NCBI GenBank assembly: GCA_963752285.1
Contig: CAVVXN010000003.1
Location: 96,001-160,000, forward strand
Origin: an uncultured Planctomycetota bacterium
GTDB taxonomy: Bacteria > Planctomycetota > PLA2 > JAEUHO01
Direction: 5' to 3'
Length of the DNA: 64,000 bases
The translations under genes were made by a program, and so were the position numbers. Position 1 is the stretch's first letter. The number at the start of each line of letters is the position of its first letter. Shown here piece after piece: positions 19,078 through 26,169 of the stretch. Below the pieces are notes generated by a model that saw only the letters and a program-made list of their open reading frames with translations, was not told the DNA's origin and searched no databases.

Positions 19078-19545
19078 GGGCTCGCGGGCCCGCCTTCGGC
19101 GGGGCCGCGTCGCGGCGACCGCGGGGGGGCTCGCGGGGCCGCCTTTGGCGGCGCCGCATCGTGCGGTGTGGCGGTGGGCTCGCGGGCCCGCCTTTGGCGG
19201 GGCCGCGTCGCGGCGACCGCGGGGGGGCTCGCGGGGCCGCCTTTGGCGGCGCCGCATCGTGCGGTGTGGCGGTGGGCTCGCGGGCCCGCCTTTGGCGGGG
19301 CCGCGTCGCGGCGACCGCGGGGGGGCTCGCGGGGCCGCCTTTGGCGGCGCCGCATCGTGCGGTGTGGCGGTGGGCTCGCGGGGCCGCCTTTGGCGGGGCC
19401 GCGTCGCGGCGACCGCGGGGGGGCTCGCGGGGCCGCCTTTGGCGGCGCCGCATCGTGCGGTGTGGCGGTGGGCTCGCGGGCCCGCCTTTGGCGGGGCCGC
19501 GTCGCGGGGTACCGGGACGGGCTCGCGGCTTCGCCGCATGCGCCC
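19078..19545. repeat. Tandem hairpin array 1: alternating A/B units, exact 49-nt period (REP/BIME-like)
   Basis: GGGCTCGCGG recurs every 49 nt (CTC at 19081, 19130, ..., 19522): 9 full units plus 1 reduced. Each full unit has a CCGCC-TTY-GGCGG hairpin. Confidence 0.92.
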
Positions 19546-19572
19546 TTCGTCACCGGTCCGGACTAGGGGGAG

Positions 19573-19828
19573 TAGGGAGCCGGAGCAATTTGTCCGGATC
19601 CGTCCAGAACACCCTTGCCGTCCACTCGCGTCGTTCGCGACTGATTCGGACAAATTGCTCGGGCTCCGTACGTCCCAAGCCGCGTCCGCTGGCCGAGGAC
19701 CGCCGCGCCGCGTCCGCTGGCCGACTACCGCTGCGCCGCGTTCGGGCCGTTGGAGCCCGGGTCTGCCGCCCTGCGAGCGCCGGTCCGCCCGGCGGATTCG
19801 GACGAATTGCTCTGGCTCCGTACGTCCC
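19573..19828. repeat. Three copies of a ~28-34 nt motif (one inverted pair plus one direct copy); MITE/IS-end-like
   Basis: 19573-19600 TAGGGAGCCGGAGCAATTTGTCCGGATC is the inverted complement (25/28) of 19643-19670. 19643-19676 recurs at 19795-19828 with 2 mismatches. Confidence 0.7.
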
Positions 19829-19839
19829 CGTACGTCCAG

Positions 19840-21093
19840 TCAGGGGGCCTTGTCGGGGGGGAACGTCAGGAGGTGGCCCAGCTTCTCCGCCTTGGCGCGG
19901 AGGTAGCGCTCGTTCTGGCTCGTGGCCGGCATCTCGATCGGGATCCGCTCCACGATGTCGAGGCCGTAGCCCTTGAGCGCCCGGTACTTGACCGGGTTGT
20001 TCGTGAGGAGACGGAGCTGCCGCACGCCGAGGTCGTAGAGGATCTGCGCGCCGACGCCGTAGTCGCGGTGGTCGGGCTTGAACCCGAGGTGCTCGTTCGC
20101 CTCGACCGTGTCCAGCCCGTCCTGGTCCTGGAGGTGGTACGCGCGGATCTTGTTGACCAGCCCGATCCCCCGGCCCTCCTGCCGCATGTAGAGGATCACC
20201 CCGCGCCCGGCGACCGCGATCCGCCGCTGGGCCGCCGCGAGCTGCTGCCCGCAGTCGCACCGGAGCGAGCCGAACACGTCCCCCGTGAGGCACTCGCTGT
20301 GCGCGCGCACGAGGAGTGGTTCCTCGATCGGCGGGTTGGGCTGGCCTTCCGTGGGCAGCGGGATCCCGAGGGTCAGCGCCATGTGCGGCTCGGGGTCCGT
20401 CCGGGCCGAGTAGACGAGGACGTCGAACTCGCCGTGGCGCGTCGGCAGGTGGGCCGTCGTCTCGAGGTGGATCAGGCGCTCGTGGCGCCGCCGCCACGCG
20501 ATGACGTCCCGGACGCTGCAGAGCTTCAGGTCGTGCTCCGTGGCGAAGCGCTCGAGGTCGGGGAGCCGGGCCATCGTTCCGTCGGGGAGCATCAGCTCGC
20601 TGATCACCCCGATCGGCTTCAGCCCCGCGAGGCGGCACAAGTCGATCGAGCCCTCGGTCTGCCCCGCGCGGCGGAGCACGCCGTCGGGGTGTCCACGGAT
20701 CGGGTAGATGTGGCCGGGCCGCGCGAGGTCCTCGGGCGAACACTCGTCCCGCGCGATCGTCTCGATCGTGGTCGCGCGATCGGCCGCGCTGACGCCCGTC
20801 GTGACGCCCGCGCGCGCCTCCACCGAGACCGTGAACTGCGTGCCGAAGCGGGACGAGTTGACGGAAGACTCGACCTGGAGGGGGAGCTCCAGCGCGTCGG
20901 CCTTCTCACGGGGGAGCGTCACGCAGACGATGCCGCTCGTGTGGCGGAGCATGAACGCGATCTTCTGCGGCGTGACCTTCTCCGCCGCGAGCACGAGATC
21001 GCCCTCGTTCTCGCGGTCCGGGTCGTCCACGAGGATGACCATCCGACCCGATCGGAGCTCGTCCAGGATCTCGGGGATGGGGGCGAACGGCAT
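19840..21093 (-). CDS. ribBA: Bifunctional DHBP synthase / GTP cyclohydrolase II
   Basis: DDPDRENEGDL, TTGVSAADR, RPGHIYP, RAGQTEGSIDL, VRAHSECLTGDVFGSLRCDCG, RQEGRGIGL, LLTNNP. Confidence 0.97.
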   Translation of the reverse strand: MPFAPIPEILDELRSGRMVILVDDPDRENEGDLVLAAEKVTPQKIAFMLRHTSGIVCVTLPREKADALELPLQVESSVNSSRFGTQFTVSVEARAGVTTGVSAADRATTIETIARDECSPEDLARPGHIYPIRGHPDGVLRRAGQTEGSIDLCRLAGLKPIGVISELMLPDGTMARLPDLERFATEHDLKLCSVRDVIAWRRRHERLIHLETTAHLPTRHGEFDVLVYSARTDPEPHMALTLGIPLPTEGQPNPPIEEPLLVRAHSECLTGDVFGSLRCDCGQQLAAAQRRIAVAGRGVILYMRQEGRGIGLVNKIRAYHLQDQDGLDTVEANEHLGFKPDHRDYGVGAQILYDLGVRQLRLLTNNPVKYRALKGYGLDIVERIPIEMPATSQNERYLRAKAEKLGHLLTFPPDKAP

Positions 21094-21253
21094 TGGTCGT
21101 CGGTTCCTCGGTCGGACGGTCGATGGTACGCCGCACCGGACCGGGGGACCCGCCCCGACCGGGGTCCGTCGCGAATCGCGCTCGAGACCGGGGAAGTGGC
21201 TCTCCCGGGGGAAGCCTTCGCGGCGTATGATGCGCCGGGAGGCCGGGAAGGGC

Positions 21254-21757
21254 ATGACGGGCGAAGCGAAGGTCAGGTCGGCCCGGCGTCAGGACACGGC
21301 CGCGCTCGCGGATCTTCGGGTCCAGTACCTGGCCGAGATGGCTCGTCTCGAGCCCCGCCTCCAGCTCCTGCCGGACGTGCGGGACCGGACCGAGCACGCG
21401 ATCCCGATCTGGCTCGACCAGGAGGATCGGATCCTCCTCGTCGCCGAGACCGCGGTCTCCGAGCACGGCCCGTCCGATCTCGTCGGCTACGCGACGGGCG
21501 TCTCGACGGTCTGGCCCCCGGTGTTCCGCAACCAGCACGTGGGCGAGGTGAGCGAGCTCTACGTGATCCCGTCCTGGCGGGGGCGTGGCGTGGGAAAGGA
21601 GCTCCTCCGGACGCTCTCCGAGGGGCTGACCCGGACCGGCGCGAGCGTGCTGCGCGCGCCGGTCGCGAGCCGGAACGCCGACAGCCTGGCCCGCTTCCGC
21701 GCCCAGGGATACCGGACGCTCCAGATCGTGCTGCAGAAGGGGATGGAGGACGTCTGA
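21254..21757 (+). CDS. GNAT family N-acetyltransferase
   Basis: VGEVSELYVIPSWRGRGVGKELL acetyl-CoA motif, N..SLARF...GY. Confidence 0.88.
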   Translation: MTGEAKVRSARRQDTAALADLRVQYLAEMARLEPRLQLLPDVRDRTEHAIPIWLDQEDRILLVAETAVSEHGPSDLVGYATGVSTVWPPVFRNQHVGEVSELYVIPSWRGRGVGKELLRTLSEGLTRTGASVLRAPVASRNADSLARFRAQGYRTLQIVLQKGMEDV

Positions 21758-22257
21758 TGGAGGGCGTTCCGATCCGCAACGCGCGGCGCGGCGACATCCC
21801 CGCCCTGCTGCTCCTCTGGGCCGCGATGGTCGAGGAGAACGCGCGCCTCGAGCCGCGCCTCGCGTCGCACCCCCACGCCCGCGAGCACATGGCCGGTCAG
21901 TTCAGCACGTGGCTCCAGGACCCCGATCGCGACGTCGTCGTCGCGGAGGAGAACGGCCGGCTCGTCGTGGGATTCGCCGCGGCGCGCATCGCGTCCGGGA
22001 CCGGATGGCACAAGCCCGTGCGCGTCGGAGAGGTGACGGACTGCTTCGTCGTGCCGCCGCGGCGCCGCCAGGGCATCGCGCGCCGCATGGTGGGGCGGCT
22101 CCTCGACCTGCTCTACGAGAAGGACGCCGAGATCGTCCGCTGTCGCGTCGTCGGGGCGAACGCCGGGGCGCTCGCGTTCTGGCGGTCCATGGGCTGGGAC
22201 GACCTCGAAGAAGTCCTCGAGAAGGAGGAGGGGGCCGACCCGGTCCCCGCCCCTTGA
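21757..22257 (+). CDS. GNAT family N-acetyltransferase (paralogue of the upstream gene)
   Basis: VGEVTDCFVVPPRRRQGIARRM, NAGALAFWRSMGW. TGATG overlap. Confidence 0.88.
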   Translation: MEGVPIRNARRGDIPALLLLWAAMVEENARLEPRLASHPHAREHMAGQFSTWLQDPDRDVVVAEENGRLVVGFAAARIASGTGWHKPVRVGEVTDCFVVPPRRRQGIARRMVGRLLDLLYEKDAEIVRCRVVGANAGALAFWRSMGWDDLEEVLEKEEGADPVPAP

Positions 22258-22450
22258 TCGACGGCCCTCGGCACCGCGCGCCGAGGCGGGTCGAGCCTCC
22301 GAGACGACGAACGGCGTAACCCATTGGACGCACGTTGGTTGTGTCGCCTCGCGCGCGCCCTTCGAGGTCGCCGCGCCTCGACTCCCGGTGTCGGGAAAAC
22401 TCGACGCGCCGCCGGGCGAGTTTTGGGGGCTCGCGGCCTATCCCACACGG

Positions 22451-22630
22451 CCGGGCAGGCCGATAGAGGCGGGCCGGCGAGAGTCGGTGGGTCCCCGGGA
22501 TCCGGGGGCTCGTCCGAGCCGAGGCAATCGCCCTGCAAGGTAACCTTCCACCACATCCCTTATCTCACAAGTCCCCTCGGTGAGGACGCCCGGCCCCGGT
22601 GGGTTTCGCCCATCGGGGCCATCTTCTTTC
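22451..22630 (+). ncRNA. Candidate structured small RNA (family not identified)
   Basis: Gene-free interval. Ends CCGGGC/GCCCGG can pair, several short hairpins, a C/U-rich stretch, and a + strand terminator at the end. Confidence 0.3.
22592..22630 (+). terminator. Intrinsic terminator
   Basis: GGCCCCGGTGGG-TTTCG-CCCATCGGGGCC hairpin followed by ATCTTCTTTC. Confidence 0.65.
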
Positions 22631-22655
22631 CGCCCCGACGCCCGTTCCCTTCGTG

Positions 22656-23057
22656 TCACACGGATTGCGCGCCGGACGGGACCACCTGTCCCGCGCGCGC
22701 CCACGCCGCGGGGTCCGCCGGCGGGTCCGCGAGGTCGAGGAGCGGGGGTTCGGCGGCCCGGTCGGGCTCGCCGACGCGGAGCACGGCGCCGGCGCTCTCG
22801 AGCGTCCGAGCGAGCGACGCGAGGTCCACGAGCTCCGGCACCACGCCGAACCCCGCGAGGAGCTCGATCGTCCGCTCGACCTCGGGGGGGAGGTCTTCGG
22901 CAAAGAGCGCCGGGGCGCCGGGACCCGTCACGAGCACGCGGACCGGGCGATCCGCCGCGACCAGGGCTGCCACCACCCGGAGGAGCTCCAGCGCGCCCTC
23001 CGAGAGTCGGGAGGTCGCGAACAGCGCGACCACGGGCGCGGCGGGCGGCGCCGTCAC
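22656..23057 (-). CDS. Small protein, possibly DsrF/TusC-like fold
   Basis: GTG start coupled (GTGA) to the upstream stop. VVALFATS...ALELLRVVAAL...VRVLVTGPGAPAL pattern. Confidence 0.5.
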   Translation of the reverse strand: MTAPPAAPVVALFATSRLSEGALELLRVVAALVAADRPVRVLVTGPGAPALFAEDLPPEVERTIELLAGFGVVPELVDLASLARTLESAGAVLRVGEPDRAAEPPLLDLADPPADPAAWARAGQVVPSGAQSV

Positions 23058-23368
23058 GGGAACAGCCCCCACAGCCGGTCGGTCGGGGCGAGGTCCCGGG
23101 CGAAGGACACGAGGCTCGACCAGCGCACCCACGCCGGCAGGTCGTCGGCCGAGAGTCGGCGCGCCCCGGCGCTCCGGGCGCAGAGCGCGACCTGGACGAC
23201 CCCCTCCTTCGCCAGCGCCTCGAGCCGCGCGCTCTCTGTCCAGTCGAGACCGGGGCCCGTGAGGATCGCGCGGCAGCCCCCCGCCGCCCGAGCGGCCGAC
23301 GCGAGACGGTCGAGCCAGGGACCCGCCCCGGGAGCGGCGCGCGGCCCGGCGAACACGGCAGCGAGCAC
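23054..23368 (-). CDS. DsrE/TusD-like protein
   Basis: ILTGPG, VALCARSAGARRL (CxxSAxxR), SSLVSF......DRLW matches the DsrE-family layout. Start uncertain (23368 or 23425). Confidence 0.6.
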   Translation of the reverse strand: MLAAVFAGPRAAPGAGPWLDRLASAARAAGGCRAILTGPGLDWTESARLEALAKEGVVQVALCARSAGARRLSADDLPAWVRWSSLVSFARDLAPTDRLWGLFP

Positions 23369-23448
23369 GCGCGGCTCCTCCTCCGGGCGGCCCCTTCCCG
23401 CGTGTCCCGGCTGGTAGCATTCCACGTCCCGGGGGAGGGGGACACGCG

Positions 23449-24045
23449 TTGGCGGGACCGGACCCGGACCAGCACCTCGTTCGGGAGCTCTCGTCGAACG
23501 ACCCCGCGGCGAGACGTCGCGCCCTGGCCCGCCTGTACGAGCGGTACCAGCGCCGGGTCCTCAACGTCGCCTGGCGGGTCATCGGCGACTGGGCGTCCGC
23601 CCAGGACGTGACCCAGGAGGTGTTCCTGGACCTCGGGCGGCGCATCGGGAGCTTCCGGGGCGAGTCGGGCCTCTCCTCGTGGATCTACCGTGTCGCGGTG
23701 AACCGGGCGATCGACACCCGGCGACACGAGCGGCGCCGGCCGGCCTGGTCGATGGACCACCTGCCCGCCGACGACTCTGCACGCCGTCCGGACGGCCAGT
23801 CCACGAGCGTGCCCGGCCTCCCCGTCGACGACGGGCGCTCGGACCGCGTCCACGAGGCCATGCGACGCCTCTCGCCGAAGCACCGCGCCATCCTCGTGTT
23901 GCGCTACCTCGAGGGACTCTCGTACGAGGAGCTGGTGGAGGTCCTCGGGTGCTCCATGGGGACGGTCAAGAGCCGCCTGAACCGCGCCCACGCGGCCATC
24001 CGGGCCGAGCTCCTCTCGCTCGGGGAGGACGACCGGGTCAATTGA
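23449..24045 (+). CDS. ECF RNA polymerase sigma-70 factor
   Basis: LYERYQRRV, AQDVTQEVFL, SWIYRVAVNRAID, LRYLEGLSYEE...GTVKSRLNRA. Confidence 0.93.
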   Translation: MAGPDPDQHLVRELSSNDPAARRRALARLYERYQRRVLNVAWRVIGDWASAQDVTQEVFLDLGRRIGSFRGESGLSSWIYRVAVNRAIDTRRHERRRPAWSMDHLPADDSARRPDGQSTSVPGLPVDDGRSDRVHEAMRRLSPKHRAILVLRYLEGLSYEELVEVLGCSMGTVKSRLNRAHAAIRAELLSLGEDDRVN

Positions 24046-24098
24046 GGACCGCCCCGCGCGTTCTGGGTACGGTCGCCTGACCCCAGACGGAGCCGCGC

Positions 24099-24674
24099 AT
24101 GCTCGACGAGCAGAAGAAGTCCCCCCGGGCGCCCGCGATCGAGCGCCGCCTGTTGAAGGCGCGGAGCGTCCTCCTCTTCGGGCCCATCGAGCCCAAGCTG
24201 ACCCAGCGTGTCATCCAGCAGATCTTCGTGCTCAACGAGATCAGTCGCACGAAGCCGATCCGCCTCTTCGTGAACAGCCCGGGAGGCTGGGCGGACGACG
24301 GCTTCGCGATCTACGACGTCGCGCGGTTCGTGGAGGCCCCCGTCTACACGATCTGCACCGGGATCGCGGCCAGCGCAGCGACCATCGTGATGGTGAGCGG
24401 CGAGAAGGGCCACCGCTACGTGCTCCCCAACGCGCGGCTCATGCTGCACCAGCCGAGCAGCGGCGCGCGCGGGACCGCCGCGGACATCGCCATCACGGCG
24501 AAGGAGATCATCCGGCTCCGCGAGAAGGCGAACGAGCTGTTCGCGCGCGAGACCGGCCATCCGATCGAGAAGATCCACAAGGACATGCAGCGCGACTACT
24601 GGCTGAGCGCCGAAGAGGCGGTCAAGTACAAGCTCGTGGACAAGATCGTGCGGTCCGAGAAGGACATCAAGTAG
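24099..24674 (+). CDS. clpP: ATP-dependent Clp protease proteolytic subunit
   Basis: NSPGG, CTGIAASAA (catalytic Ser), MLHQP (His), RDYWLSAEEA (Asp). Confidence 0.95.
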   Translation: MLDEQKKSPRAPAIERRLLKARSVLLFGPIEPKLTQRVIQQIFVLNEISRTKPIRLFVNSPGGWADDGFAIYDVARFVEAPVYTICTGIAASAATIVMVSGEKGHRYVLPNARLMLHQPSSGARGTAADIAITAKEIIRLREKANELFARETGHPIEKIHKDMQRDYWLSAEEAVKYKLVDKIVRSEKDIK

Positions 24675-24683
24675 CGCGGCCCG

Positions 24684-26102
24684 TCACATCCGGGCCAGCC
24701 GGCCGATCGCGCCGACGGCCGCGCACTCGAGGCGCGTGACCTCCGCCGCCGGGATCGCCTGCCCCGACGCGAGGCCGGGCTCCAGCCGGGCGACGGTCGC
24801 GAGGTCCGCCACGAGCGCCTCCACGTCGGCGTCCTCGAGCGTGCCCCGGGGCAGGGGCGCCTCGCCCCTCGCGCCCGCGATCGACCACGTCCGCGCGAAG
24901 AGCGCGAGGAGCACGGCCACCTCGGCGGGCCCGAGACGGGGGAGGCGTTTTCCGGCCGCGAGGTCCCGGGCGAGGTCGCCGGCGCTCCCGAACGGGAGAC
25001 CGGGGACCTCGTCCGCGAGGCCCTCGACCAGGCGTGCGCGGAGCGGCGCCTTTCGCGTCGCCTCCCGCGGGAGGGCGCGCGCCGCGTGCCGCACCGCGGC
25101 CGTCCCGAGGCGGGGCAGGACCCGCGACCCTAGAAGCTCCTCCAGCGCGCGGAGCACGCCGAGCAGCGCGACCGCGCGCTCCGGGGGGAGGCGCCCGTCC
25201 TCGTGGACGGCCGGGGCGCGGAGGAGCGCGCGGACGGCCGGCTCCGCCTCCGGGGGCAGCGTGCCCTCCCCGCCCACCAGGGCCGCCACGGCCGCCCGCG
25301 GGTCGGAGCCCGACGGGTCCTCGATCTCGATCTCGAGGCCGACGACCTCGTCGCCCCCGAGCGGGCGCGGTCTCGCGCGCGCGGTCGCGCGCGCGGGATG
25401 GAGCCAGGCGAGCACCCGGGCCGCGCGGTCCACGGCGGGCGGCGTCTCGCCCTCGCGGGTCCCCTCCTCCACGCCGATCCGCAGGCGCACGAGCCGTCCG
25501 CCTCGCTCGACGGCGACGCGCCACGGCCCCGCCTCCGGGAGCGCCGTCCGCGCCGCGAGCAGGAGGTCGAGGAGCCCGTGCGGGTCGGTCGCGACGGGCG
25601 GCGGGACCCGGTCGAAGGGGCGCCCCCTCGGCTCGGCCGCCTGGGCGAGGAGGCGGCCGAGGTCCACGGGCCGCGCCTCCGACAGGACGCGCTTCTCGTC
25701 GTAGGCGGCCTGGAACGCCTCGAGCCGCTGGAGGGCCGCCTCCATGCCGGCGAGCACGCGGCGGCGCGCGTCGGCCTCGGCGGCGCGGCCCGCGCGCCGG
25801 TCGGACTCGAGGGCCGCGGCCGCTTCGAGGTGGAGCGCGGTCGTCTCGGCGGCGACCACGAACGGGATCTCCGCCCAGCCGCGCTCGCGGTCGCGGAGGC
25901 GTCCCTCGAGGACCTGCGCGGCGCTCTCTCGCGCGTCGGCGGCGATCGCGAGGATCTCGAGGTCGGCCTCGTCCTTGAGGGTCGCGAGGCCGATGGCCTC
26001 GCCGCGCCACGCGAGGCGTCGCTCCTGGAGCACCTTTCCGAGCCGCCAGCCGAGGCGCCGAGCCCGGTCCCGCGCGACGAAGAGCTCGGGGCGTTCCTCC
26101 AC
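24684..26102 (-). CDS. Hypothetical protein (helical, Ala/Leu/Arg-rich)
   Basis: 472-aa ORF with protein-like composition filling the clpP-polA gap. TAGGAT hexamer 6 nt upstream of the GTG. No family recognised. Confidence 0.7.
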   Translation of the reverse strand: MEERPELFVARDRARRLGWRLGKVLQERRLAWRGEAIGLATLKDEADLEILAIAADARESAAQVLEGRLRDRERGWAEIPFVVAAETTALHLEAAAALESDRRAGRAAEADARRRVLAGMEAALQRLEAFQAAYDEKRVLSEARPVDLGRLLAQAAEPRGRPFDRVPPPVATDPHGLLDLLLAARTALPEAGPWRVAVERGGRLVRLRIGVEEGTREGETPPAVDRAARVLAWLHPARATARARPRPLGGDEVVGLEIEIEDPSGSDPRAAVAALVGGEGTLPPEAEPAVRALLRAPAVHEDGRLPPERAVALLGVLRALEELLGSRVLPRLGTAAVRHAARALPREATRKAPLRARLVEGLADEVPGLPFGSAGDLARDLAAGKRLPRLGPAEVAVLLALFARTWSIAGARGEAPLPRGTLEDADVEALVADLATVARLEPGLASGQAIPAAEVTRLECAAVGAIGRLARM

Positions 26103-26169
26103 CCCCGCATCCTACCGGTCCCGCCCGCCCGTTTGCGCCCCGCGGCGGAACCGACCACAATCGCCGCCC

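Noticed and set aside
18926..19976. ORFs spanning the repeat arrays (also 29421-30171, 59424-60431, 61741-62434)
   Set aside because: Translations are periodic R/G/A/P low-complexity products of stop-poor GC repeats, open in most frames.
21094..21253. FMN riboswitch upstream of ribBA (likewise preQ1 before queF, Moco before moeA)
   Set aside because: No recognisable consensus by eye, and queF and moeA abut their upstream genes. An Rfam scan would be needed to exclude these formally.
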